Shown: positions 38,538 through 46,527 of the stretch, one piece after another | Position numbering within the stretch: position 1 is the first letter of the stretch | Layout of the letters: each line of letters begins with the position of its first letter | Assembly: GCA_038824035.1 (NCBI GenBank) | Contig: JAWBBW010000010.1 | Coordinates: 1 to 47,144, forward strand | DNA: 47,144 nt | DNA from: Desulfurococcaceae archaeon | Lineage (GTDB): Archaea > Thermoproteota > Thermoprotei_A > Sulfolobales > Desulfurococcaceae | Direction: 5' to 3' | Position numbers and translations under genes: made by a program | Notes under the pieces: generated by a model | What the model saw: only the letters and a program-made list of their open reading frames with translations | The model's database searches: none | What the model was told of the DNA's origin: nothing

Positions 38538-39663
38538 GGAGATTCACCGCGTAATATATGTCATCGGTTGTGATCATATATGGAGGTAGGAATCTCACAA
38601 CACTCACACCAGCTTTAAGCGCTAGTAAACCGTTTCTCTGCAAACACTTGATCACACCTGTTGGCGGCACCCTGAGGTCTACTCCAATCATCAATCCCTT
38701 TCCACGTATATCCTTTACCAGCCTGTTCCCACCTATCCTCTTAGAGAGCACATACATGAATAGTTCCCCGGATTCCCTTGCTTTCGAAGGGACATTGTCT
38801 TGTAACAAAACATCAACAGATGCCTTCACAGCTACGCATGCCAATGGATTACCACCATATGTTGTCCCATGTGAACCCTCCTCGAGTTTGTTAGCTATGT
38901 CTGACCGAGTGAAAACAGCGCTGACTGGGAAACCCCCTCCTATTGCTTTACCAGCTACTAATATATCGGGTTTGACCCCGTATTGCTCAAATAACCACAC
39001 AGTACCAGTTCTCCCGAACCCTGTCTGTACTTCGTCGATCACGACATATGCACCGGTCTCCGAGGCTCTCTCAACGACGTGTTTCACAAACTCGTTAAGA
39101 GCTACGTTGACACCGCCTTCTCCTTGTATTAATTCAAGTACCACGCACGACGTATTATTGTCAATTACCTTGTCAACATCGTGGGGGTCGTTAAACCTGG
39201 CTTGACATGTACCTGGTAATAGGGGTTCAAAACCCTCTCGGTATTTCCTATTTGAAGAAGTTATTGATAAAGCGCCCAATGTCCTGCCGTGGAAAGACCC
39301 AGTGAAATAGACTATTTTTTCACGTTTACTCGCCTTTCTACACATCTTGATACTGAATTCTATTGCCTCACTGCCGCTGTTGAGTAAGTATACGTACTCG
39401 TAATCACTTGGCACGATCTTTGACAATGCCTCGAGCATTTCATCCCTTATGCTCGTCCTAAAAGACGTCGACAACGTCATTATTCTCTCCATTTGCTCGA
39501 TCAAGGATTTCACTATATGGGGGTTTCTATGCCCTAGGAAGGCGACACCATGCCCTGTGTGCATATCGAGATATTTATTCCCGTGTTTATCCCAGACATA
39601 TTGTGCCTCTCCTCTAATTATTTCGAGTTCTCTATCCTCGTACATCATTAGGTATTTCAACAT
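38473..39663 (-). CDS. lysJ: [LysW]-aminoadipate semialdehyde transaminase (class III)
   Basis: YLD...G.GV..LGH, NSGSEA, FHGRT.G, ELIQGEGG, DEVQTGFGRTG, GKAIGGG.P, HGTTYGGNPL, RFLPP. Confidence 0.93.
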   Translation of the reverse strand: MLKYLMMYEDRELEIIRGEAQYVWDKHGNKYLDMHTGHGVAFLGHRNPHIVKSLIEQMERIMTLSTSFRTSIRDEMLEALSKIVPSDYEYVYLLNSGSEAIEFSIKMCRKASKREKIVYFTGSFHGRTLGALSITSSNRKYREGFEPLLPGTCQARFNDPHDVDKVIDNNTSCVVLELIQGEGGVNVALNEFVKHVVERASETGAYVVIDEVQTGFGRTGTVWLFEQYGVKPDILVAGKAIGGGFPVSAVFTRSDIANKLEEGSHGTTYGGNPLACVAVKASVDVLLQDNVPSKARESGELFMYVLSKRIGGNRLVKDIRGKGLMIGVDLRVPPTGVIKCLQRNGLLALKAGVSVVRFLPPYMITTDDIYYAVNLLEKCVDQELSRRDVARSIENI

Positions 39664-39665
39664 GT

Positions 39666-40517
39666 TTATTTCCTCGCCACTTGCTTTACGTACTCAATCA
39701 CCTTTACATGGACCTTATAGCCAGTAACTCTGACAGTGTTCTTGAATTCTGGGACAGCATTGACCTCGTTAACTATATACCCTCTCTCAGGGTCCTCGAA
39801 TACATCTATTCCCATGAACTCCCCTCCGATGGCTTTCGCCGTCTTAATGGCTATCTCCTCTAATTCACTGTCCACTTTAGCTGGGAGAGCCACTCCTCCT
39901 CTAGCTGTATTAGTTATCCAATGTTCACTTGCCCTATATATGGCGACCGGTACTTCCTCTCCTATTACGAACACTCTTATATCTCTGCCAGGTTTCTTGA
40001 CGAATTCCTGGATCATGAAGATCCTCATGATCGGGTTTGGGATAAAGCTTCTGTGTTCTAATAGCGATCTCAATTCCTCGTGATCTCTTGCCAACGATAC
40101 CAATCGACCCCAACTACCATCTATGGGCTTTATTACGACTGGATAACCGCCAAGCGCTTCAACGGCCTTTGTAGATGGCTCGTGGTCAAACGCTATGATC
40201 GTTCTTGGGACTTTAATACCCCTTGAAACCAGTATTTGAGCTGTCCATAGCTTGTTCATCGCTATGGCTGTTGAGAGCGAATTATTGATCACCCTTATAT
40301 TCGCTGATTCAAGAGCTATTGTGGAGTTTAATGCAATGGCATGGCTTATTGCGCGCTGTAAGGCGATATCTACGTGGTCTTTGTCACTACTCCCTATGGG
40401 CATGTACACTGAGTGGAGATGTATAAGCTTTAACTCTACACCCAGTTCCCTAGCAGCCTCCATTAACGCCTTCTCTTCCCATCTAATAACTTCGTATACT
40501 ATGCCCAATTTCACCAA
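39666..40517 (-). CDS. lysX: Alpha-aminoadipate--LysW ligase (ATP-grasp)
   Basis: RWEEK, KP..GSWGR, QEFV.KPGRDIR, LysX-type signatures IYR...HWITNTARGG and EFKNT. Confidence 0.94.
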   Translation of the reverse strand: MVKLGIVYEVIRWEEKALMEAARELGVELKLIHLHSVYMPIGSSDKDHVDIALQRAISHAIALNSTIALESANIRVINNSLSTAIAMNKLWTAQILVSRGIKVPRTIIAFDHEPSTKAVEALGGYPVVIKPIDGSWGRLVSLARDHEELRSLLEHRSFIPNPIMRIFMIQEFVKKPGRDIRVFVIGEEVPVAIYRASEHWITNTARGGVALPAKVDSELEEIAIKTAKAIGGEFMGIDVFEDPERGYIVNEVNAVPEFKNTVRVTGYKVHVKVIEYVKQVARK

Positions 40518-40538
40518 GAGAAAACCCCTTTCCAGGCG

Positions 40539-40709
40539 TTACTCGCCCCAATCTTCTCCTACGCCTTCAAATGGCCTTAGCTTGATCTCCCCGTTTTCAA
40601 TCACGACCTCAAGTGTTATCCCGCAATCATGTTCCACTAATTCTCCTTCCAATACATCACTTGGCAGGTTTACAACCCCGCCACATATAGGGCACTTGGC
40701 CTCAGGCAT
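40539..40709 (-). CDS. lysW: Amino-group carrier protein LysW (56 aa, absent from the ORF track)
   Basis: MPEAKCPICGGVVNLPSDVLEGELVEHDCGITLEVVIENGEIKLRPFEGVGEDWGE. Zn knuckles, EDWGE C-terminus, GGTGA RBS. Confidence 0.97.
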   Translation of the reverse strand: MPEAKCPICGGVVNLPSDVLEGELVEHDCGITLEVVIENGEIKLRPFEGVGEDWGE

Positions 40710-40779
40710 ATAGATCACCCGGTTTCATGCATGAAGGTGATGATTATTGGCAGGGATTATATATGAATCGGTAATTACA

Positions 40780-40860
40780 AGTACAGATTTCGCATCACAT
40801 GTACAAGGGGGGTTAGGAATTCGTAATGTGATTAAACACGTTGGGTACGTGATTCGTAAT
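40780..40860. promoter_or_regulatory. Three phased LysM (Lrp-family)-like operators in the divergent lysW/lysY promoter
   Basis: AGTACAGATTTCGCATC (40780), GGTTAGGAATTCGTAAT (40811), GGTACGTGATTCGTAAT (40844), spaced 31 and 33 bp. Flanked by TATA-like elements near 40757-40764 (minus) and 40866-40873 (plus). Confidence 0.65.
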
Positions 40861-40914
40861 TGTGATTAATAAACTCCTACCGTGTATATTGCTATACCGT
40901 TCAAGGGGGTTGGC

Positions 40915-41973
40915 TTGTCTAAAGTCAATGTGTGTATTATAGGTGGATCCGGCTATACAGGGGGAGAATTACTGAGAATACTAGCTGGACACCCCTATAC
41001 CGATATAGTAATCGTGACCTCTAGGGAGCATGCTGGCAAACCCCTGCACCACGTACACCCAAATCTACGCGGGTTTTACAAGGACTTGAAATTCAGCCAG
41101 ATCAATATGGATCAGATCCTCAGCAAATGCGATGCTGTGTTCCTATCGCTACCACATACAGTGTCTCTGCAATATGTGCCAAAACTATATGAGGCGGGAT
41201 TGAAAGTCGTGGACCTAAGTGCTGATTTCAGGTTAAAAGACCCTGTTCTCTACAAGATATGGTATGGATTCGAACATCCATATCCAGATCTCTTGGGGAA
41301 AGCTGTCTACGGCATGCCGGAGATACATAGAGAGGAGTTGAGAAACGCGAGGCTAATAGCTGTCCCGGGGTGCAACGCCACTGCATCTATTTTATCCTTG
41401 TTACCGCTCATTAAGGGCGATCTTGTGGAACATGACAAGATCGTCATAGATGTGAAGGCTGGGAGTAGTGAAGCCGGTTCTAAGCCCTCGCCTGGAGATC
41501 ATCATCCCGAGAGAGAGGGTTGTATTAGGCCATATGATCCACATGGACATAGGCATGTCGCGGAGATAGAACAGGAGTTAAAGACCATTTCTGGAAAGGA
41601 GATCAAGGTATCCATGATACCTCATGCTGTGAGCTCTGTGAGAGGGGTATTAGCATCCACGCATGCATGGCTAGTTAAGGATATTGACGAGATGGGTATT
41701 TTGAGAGCATATGTTAATACTTATAGAGGAGAACCATTCATCAGGATCGTCTATAAAACAATACCCGGTTACCCCGATCCCAAGTATGTGATTGGGAGTA
41801 ATTACGCCGATATCGGGTTCGCGATCGAGAGCAGGGTTCGCAGGATCTCGTCTTTCTGTGCAATAGATAACCTGGTTAAGGGCGCGGCTGGACAAGCGGT
41901 TCAGGCGTTCAATATATCGATGGGGTTCGAGGAAACAACTGGCTTGGTAATAATCCCCCCTAGACCTGTCTAG
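40915..41973 (+). CDS. lysY: [LysW]-aminoadipate-phosphate reductase (ArgC family)
   Basis: GGSGYTGGEL, LPH, DLSADFRL, YGMPE, PGCNAT, GSSEAG, HHPER, HRH.AE, DNLVKGAAGQAVQ. Start trimmed to TTG 40915. Confidence 0.94.
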   Translation: MSKVNVCIIGGSGYTGGELLRILAGHPYTDIVIVTSREHAGKPLHHVHPNLRGFYKDLKFSQINMDQILSKCDAVFLSLPHTVSLQYVPKLYEAGLKVVDLSADFRLKDPVLYKIWYGFEHPYPDLLGKAVYGMPEIHREELRNARLIAVPGCNATASILSLLPLIKGDLVEHDKIVIDVKAGSSEAGSKPSPGDHHPEREGCIRPYDPHGHRHVAEIEQELKTISGKEIKVSMIPHAVSSVRGVLASTHAWLVKDIDEMGILRAYVNTYRGEPFIRIVYKTIPGYPDPKYVIGSNYADIGFAIESRVRRISSFCAIDNLVKGAAGQAVQAFNISMGFEETTGLVIIPPRPV

Positions 41974-42783
41974 GTGATGGTGTTGTCAATAGTTGTCAAA
42001 GCCGGTGGTAGGGCTATCGCAATGAACCTGGACAACATAGTGAGTGATATAGTCAACATCTCCAGTACCTGGAAAACGGTTTTCGTACATGGAGGTGGAG
42101 ACATGGTCACGGAGATGTGTATGAGACTTGGCATAGAGCCCAGGTTTGTGACATCGCCTGAGGGGATTAGAAGCAGGTACACGAATAGAGATGAACTAGA
42201 TGTATATCTAATGGTCATGGCCGGTAAATTGAACAAGATGATAGTTTCGAAAATCATAGCCCTGGGTAAAAAGGCCATTGGTTTGAGCGGGGCTGATGGC
42301 CCGTTGTTGATCGCAGAAAGGAAGAAGAAAATTGTCGTGGTCGATGAAAGAGGTAGGAAAAGGGTGATCGATGGTGGTTATACTGGGAGAGTTGTAGAGG
42401 TCAAGTTGGATTTATTGGAGAGATTGCTAGGCGAATACATAGTGGTGGTTTCGCCAATAGCTATTGACCGGGAAGGCTTATTGCTGAACATAGATGGCGA
42501 TCAAGCGGCATACGCCATAGCTTCTTCCATCAAGGCCGATACCTTGGTGTTGTTATCTGATGTGGAGGGCGTGTTGCTCGGTGATAAGTTGATCAAGGAG
42601 CTCCGAGCACAGGACATAGACCTCATCATAGACAAGATAGGGCCTGGTATGAATAGGAAATTATTACTGGCTAAGAAAGCCGTTGAAGAAGGGGTCAACC
42701 AGGTCGTGATATCCTCTGGCCTCGTCGCAAATCCAGTGTCTAATGCATTAAAGGGCATGGGCACATTGATAACAAGGGGTTAA
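41974..42783 (+). CDS. lysZ: [LysW]-aminoadipate kinase (ArgB family)
   Basis: VVKAGG, VHGGG, SRYT, GLSGADG, GGYTG, N.DGD, SDV.G, GM..K. Confidence 0.93.
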   Translation: MMVLSIVVKAGGRAIAMNLDNIVSDIVNISSTWKTVFVHGGGDMVTEMCMRLGIEPRFVTSPEGIRSRYTNRDELDVYLMVMAGKLNKMIVSKIIALGKKAIGLSGADGPLLIAERKKKIVVVDERGRKRVIDGGYTGRVVEVKLDLLERLLGEYIVVVSPIAIDREGLLLNIDGDQAAYAIASSIKADTLVLLSDVEGVLLGDKLIKELRAQDIDLIIDKIGPGMNRKLLLAKKAVEEGVNQVVISSGLVANPVSNALKGMGTLITRG

Positions 42784-42784
42784 T

Positions 42785-43204
42785 ATGCGCATAGACGAGA
42801 TAGATCTGAGGCTTTTACAGCTATTGAAAGAGAACGCTAGAATGCCTTACTCAAGGTTAGCCAGGGAACTAGGTATCAGCGAGGGTGCTGTGAGGAAGAG
42901 AATTGCGAAACTAATTAAAATCGGTGTGATCAAGAAAATGACGATAGAATACGAACTAGACAACGAGATCAAGGCTATAATATTGGTTAAGACCCAGCCC
43001 CCAATACCAGTGCCCGAGGTGTCGAAAAACATAAGGAAAATACCCGGGGTAGACATAGTTTATGAGGTGACAGGCGAATACGACATAGTGGTGATCACAA
43101 GATCGCCGAACATAGATAATGTGAATAGGTTAATAGATGAAATAAGGTCTATCTCGGGAGTTGCCAGTACGTATACAATGATGGTGTTGAGAACCTGGGT
43201 CTAG
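42785..43204 (+). CDS. lysM: Lrp/AsnC-family regulator of lysine genes
   Basis: IDEID..LL.LL.ENAR..Y..LA..LG.SEGAVRKRI, YEVTGEYD RAM domain. lysYZM gene order as in Sulfolobales. Confidence 0.9.
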   Translation: MRIDEIDLRLLQLLKENARMPYSRLARELGISEGAVRKRIAKLIKIGVIKKMTIEYELDNEIKAIILVKTQPPIPVPEVSKNIRKIPGVDIVYEVTGEYDIVVITRSPNIDNVNRLIDEIRSISGVASTYTMMVLRTWV

Positions 43205-43310
43205 ACGAATTTCATATGATCTAGGTTTGTTCTTCATATATATAATCACTTGTTTCACCAATTCTATATACATTTTTCAAAAACAATCACGCTAAATCAA
43301 TCTCATTATC

Positions 43311-43373
43311 TTTACGTTCTCCGAACCATTATTGAATTCAATAGTACGTGTTCTTTGATTACATGTATATAAA
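43311..43373 (+). promoter_or_regulatory. Promoter of the synthase operon with LysM-like sites and a 14-bp palindrome
   Basis: TTTACGTTCTCCGAACC (43311) and an AGTACG half-site (43343) 32 bp apart, TATTGAATTCAATA (43330-43343), TATATAAA (43366-43373). Confidence 0.5.
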
Positions 43374-43428
43374 CCTGGAACATGACTGGAACAAATTTAA
43401 ATGTATATAACGAAATGAGGGCTCACTC

Positions 43429-44727
43429 ATGTATCAGGAATGCCCAGATTTCAATAACAACTTGGAGGGGGAGGAATATTATCGAGGTATATATCCATTC
43501 AAAGAAGTGCCCAGGTTTTGTTGCTTCGATAAAAAGGATTTGATGAATGATTTAAACAAGATATACTTAACAGATACAACTCTCAGAGATGGTCAACAAG
43601 GATGGAGAGTTTTCACAATTAATGAATGCGAAAGAATATACGAACTACTGGCTGAGTTCGGCAAGGCCGTCAAGAGCACAGAGGTATTTCTGTACACCGA
43701 GAAAGACCAGTTAATTGCCAAGAGACTTGTAGAATATGGTTATGAATATCCAAAAGTCATAGGGTGGATCAGAGCTACTAGGTCGGATCTCAAGCTCGTA
43801 ATGGATGCCCGTCTCGATGAAACAGTTGTGCTCGCATCAATATCGGATTACCACATAAAGCATAAGTTCAATTTAACTAGAGGGGAAGCGATAAGGAAAT
43901 ACCTAGATGTGATCGAAGAGGCGTTGAGGAATGGCATAGTACCCAGGGTTTCACTAGAGGATATAACGAGAGCTGATGTAGAGAATGTCGTGTTGCCTTT
44001 TATTAAGAGGTTATTAAAGCTTGGCGAGAGATATGGGTTACCAGTTAAAATAAAACTACCTGATACTCTTGGACTTGGATTACCGTTTTACGAGGTCTCA
44101 TTACCTAGAAGTATCCCTAGGATCATCATAGCTATAAGGTCCCTTGGAGTGCCATCTGAGAACATAGAGTTTCACGGCCACAACGACTTCGGCCTAGTCG
44201 TGGCTAACCAGTTGGCGGCGTGGATTTATGGGGCCGGAGGCGCGAACTGTACTTTGATGGGGATAGGTGAGAGAGCTGGTAATTGCCCTCTCGAAGTGAT
44301 GGCGATTCATTACGCTGGCATAAAGGGTTCAAGCGAGATCAATTTAAGAGCAGTGGCCAAGGTACCAGAGTTGTTGGAAAACATGGGTTACAGGATCCCA
44401 GATCACTACCCCTTTATCGGTAAAAACGCATTCACGACAAGGGCTGGTATACATGTTGATGGGCTTGTTAAAAACCCCGAAGTATACTTACCATTTGACC
44501 CTATACATGTGCTTGGAATACCTTTCTCAATCGCCATAACGCCTTATTCCGGTAGATCTGCCATAGTGTTGTGGATTAGGAATCACCTTGGTCGTAAGGA
44601 CGTGAACAAGGATGATCCGAGAGTAATCGCTATTTACAAGGAGATATTGGAGTATTTCGAGAAAACTGGAAGAACAACTCCATTGGATAACCACGAGGTG
44701 TTGTCATTTATTAAAAAGTACTTTTAA
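43429..44727 (+). CDS. DRE-TIM acyl-CoA:2-oxoacid condensing enzyme, Re-citrate-synthase-like, probable homocitrate synthase
   Basis: DTTLRDGQQG, EVFLY..KD, WIRA, SDYHI..K, EDITRAD, DTLG.G, LPRS, HGHNDFG, GIGERAGN, AF...AGIH.DG. Confidence 0.85.
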   Translation: MYQECPDFNNNLEGEEYYRGIYPFKEVPRFCCFDKKDLMNDLNKIYLTDTTLRDGQQGWRVFTINECERIYELLAEFGKAVKSTEVFLYTEKDQLIAKRLVEYGYEYPKVIGWIRATRSDLKLVMDARLDETVVLASISDYHIKHKFNLTRGEAIRKYLDVIEEALRNGIVPRVSLEDITRADVENVVLPFIKRLLKLGERYGLPVKIKLPDTLGLGLPFYEVSLPRSIPRIIIAIRSLGVPSENIEFHGHNDFGLVVANQLAAWIYGAGGANCTLMGIGERAGNCPLEVMAIHYAGIKGSSEINLRAVAKVPELLENMGYRIPDHYPFIGKNAFTTRAGIHVDGLVKNPEVYLPFDPIHVLGIPFSIAITPYSGRSAIVLWIRNHLGRKDVNKDDPRVIAIYKEILEYFEKTGRTTPLDNHEVLSFIKKYF

Positions 44728-44757
44728 CCCCGTGAAAAAGGCGAGGTGATCCATTAA

Positions 44758-46020
44758 ATGGGCTTTGTGGACACGTTGTTCTCGAATGTCCTTGGCAGAG
44801 AAGTGTCGCCAGGGGAAATAGTGATCGTCGATATCGATGCCATATATGCACATGATGGGACAGCGCCATTGGTAATAGATGTCTTGGAGAAGGAACTTAA
44901 ACCCCCCGTTTTACTAGCTAGTACTAGGACTTTCTTTTTCATGGATCATCTTGCCCCGGCACCCCATGTGTCAGCGGCTTCTGTGCATAGGAAAATGAGG
45001 GCTTTCAGCGAGAAACATGGGATCAATTTATACGATATCGGTAACGGTATTTGTCACCAAGTAATGGTTGACGAGGGAATTGCCAGGCCTGGGATGATAA
45101 TCATGGGGGCTGATAGCCACACACCAACTCTCGGGGCACTGGGGCTTTATGCGATCGGGGTTGGGAGCACGGATGTGGCAGTGGCCATGGCTTATGGAAA
45201 ACAGTGGATCAGGGTTCCACCCACGGTGAAAGTGGTATTAACTGGGAGACCAGGGATAGGTATCACATCCAAGGACATAGCACTCAGTGTCATAGGTAAA
45301 GTGGGCACGGATGGCATGATAGGTAGAGTCGTGGAATTCCACGGTGATACGCTGAGGTATCTATCAATCGATGCAAGGTTAACCTTGACAAATATGTGTA
45401 CAGAGATGACAGCCGAATCAGCTGTCATACCCATTGACGAGGTAACTGAGAGATGGCTTACTCAAAAGGGTTTAACACCGTATAGATACCTCAAATACGA
45501 TAGCTCCAAAGCGTTCTTTATCGATGAAATCGTATTTGAGGTATCAAAACTAGAGCCAGTAGTCGCGGCTCCACCAGATGTCGACAATGTCAAGTCGATC
45601 AACGAAGTGGAGGGCATCGAGGTTGACCAGGTGTATATAGGGTCTTGTACTAATGGTAGGTTAGAGGACTTGGAAATAGCGTCTAGGATATTGAAAGGCC
45701 GCAAAGTCCACGTGAACACTAGGTGTATAGTATCGCCGGCTTCGAGGAAAGTGTATATGGATGCCCTTGAAAAAGGGTACATAGATGTGTTGATCAGGAC
45801 TGGATGTGTGATAGCCCCTCCGACATGCGGGCCCTGTGTAGGAGCCCACATGGGTATTTTGGCAGAGGGCGATGTAGCGGTGTCAACTACTAACAGGAAT
45901 TTCCCAGGCAGAATGGGGCATAAGGATAGCAAGGTCTACTTGGCCTCGCCCGCGGTGGCGGCCGCTACCGCTGTGGAAGGTAAAATAACTGATCCCAGGA
46001 AATACCTAGGAGGTGTCTAA
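44758..46020 (+). CDS. Homoaconitase / 3-isopropylmalate dehydratase large subunit
   Basis: HDGT, DH, GICHQ, GADSHT.T.GA, IGSCTNGR, CGPC.G, STTNRNF.GRMG, YLASP. Confidence 0.93.
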   Translation: MGFVDTLFSNVLGREVSPGEIVIVDIDAIYAHDGTAPLVIDVLEKELKPPVLLASTRTFFFMDHLAPAPHVSAASVHRKMRAFSEKHGINLYDIGNGICHQVMVDEGIARPGMIIMGADSHTPTLGALGLYAIGVGSTDVAVAMAYGKQWIRVPPTVKVVLTGRPGIGITSKDIALSVIGKVGTDGMIGRVVEFHGDTLRYLSIDARLTLTNMCTEMTAESAVIPIDEVTERWLTQKGLTPYRYLKYDSSKAFFIDEIVFEVSKLEPVVAAPPDVDNVKSINEVEGIEVDQVYIGSCTNGRLEDLEIASRILKGRKVHVNTRCIVSPASRKVYMDALEKGYIDVLIRTGCVIAPPTCGPCVGAHMGILAEGDVAVSTTNRNFPGRMGHKDSKVYLASPAVAAATAVEGKITDPRKYLGGV

Positions 46021-46527
46021 ATGAAGATCAGAGGTAGATGTTGGAAACTAGGGGATAATATCAGTACAGACCACATAATATCGGGCAAATATAAGTTCAG
46101 CGCTATTGATAGCCTGGACTCGATGATCAGATATGTATTCGAGGAAGTGATACCCGGGTTCAATGAGAAGGTTGAAAAGGGCGATATAATAATAGCTGGT
46201 AGGAATTTCGGCAAGGGGTCGAGCAGGGAACATGCGCCGAGACTACTAAAGGCAGTTGGGATCAGCGCTGTAGTTGCCAAGAGCTTCTCCCACATATTCT
46301 TTAGAAATGCGATAAACATAGGCCTCCCCGTTGTGATTGCAAGAGAGATACCTGATATAACGCAGAACTGGGATATTATAGAAATAGACCTAGAGAAAGG
46401 CGTTATCAGGAACATGACAAGGGGTTTCGAGGAGAAAATAACCCCGTATCCGAGAGAAATAGCATCCATATTAGAAGCAGGTGGGATTGTGGAGTTCATT
46501 AAGAAACAAGGTGGTTTAAAATGGTGA
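46021..46527 (+). CDS. Homoaconitase / 3-isopropylmalate dehydratase small subunit
   Basis: GDNISTDHII, GRNFG.GSSREHA, SF..IFFRNAINIG. Confidence 0.93.
   Translation: MKIRGRCWKLGDNISTDHIISGKYKFSAIDSLDSMIRYVFEEVIPGFNEKVEKGDIIIAGRNFGKGSSREHAPRLLKAVGISAVVAKSFSHIFFRNAINIGLPVVIAREIPDITQNWDIIEIDLEKGVIRNMTRGFEEKITPYPREIASILEAGGIVEFIKKQGGLKW

Noticed and set aside
39666-40517. Calling the ATP-grasp ligase ArgX or RimK
   Set aside because: Signature residues (IYR, ITNT, EFKNT) and the lysW/lysJ/lysK context are LysX-type.
40724-40787. TTCATGCATGAA palindrome and a GTGATGA...CAGA C/D-like stretch upstream of lysW
   Set aside because: The D box is non-canonical and internal boxes are absent. The region is better explained as the lysW promoter, and a lone 12-bp palindrome can occur by chance.
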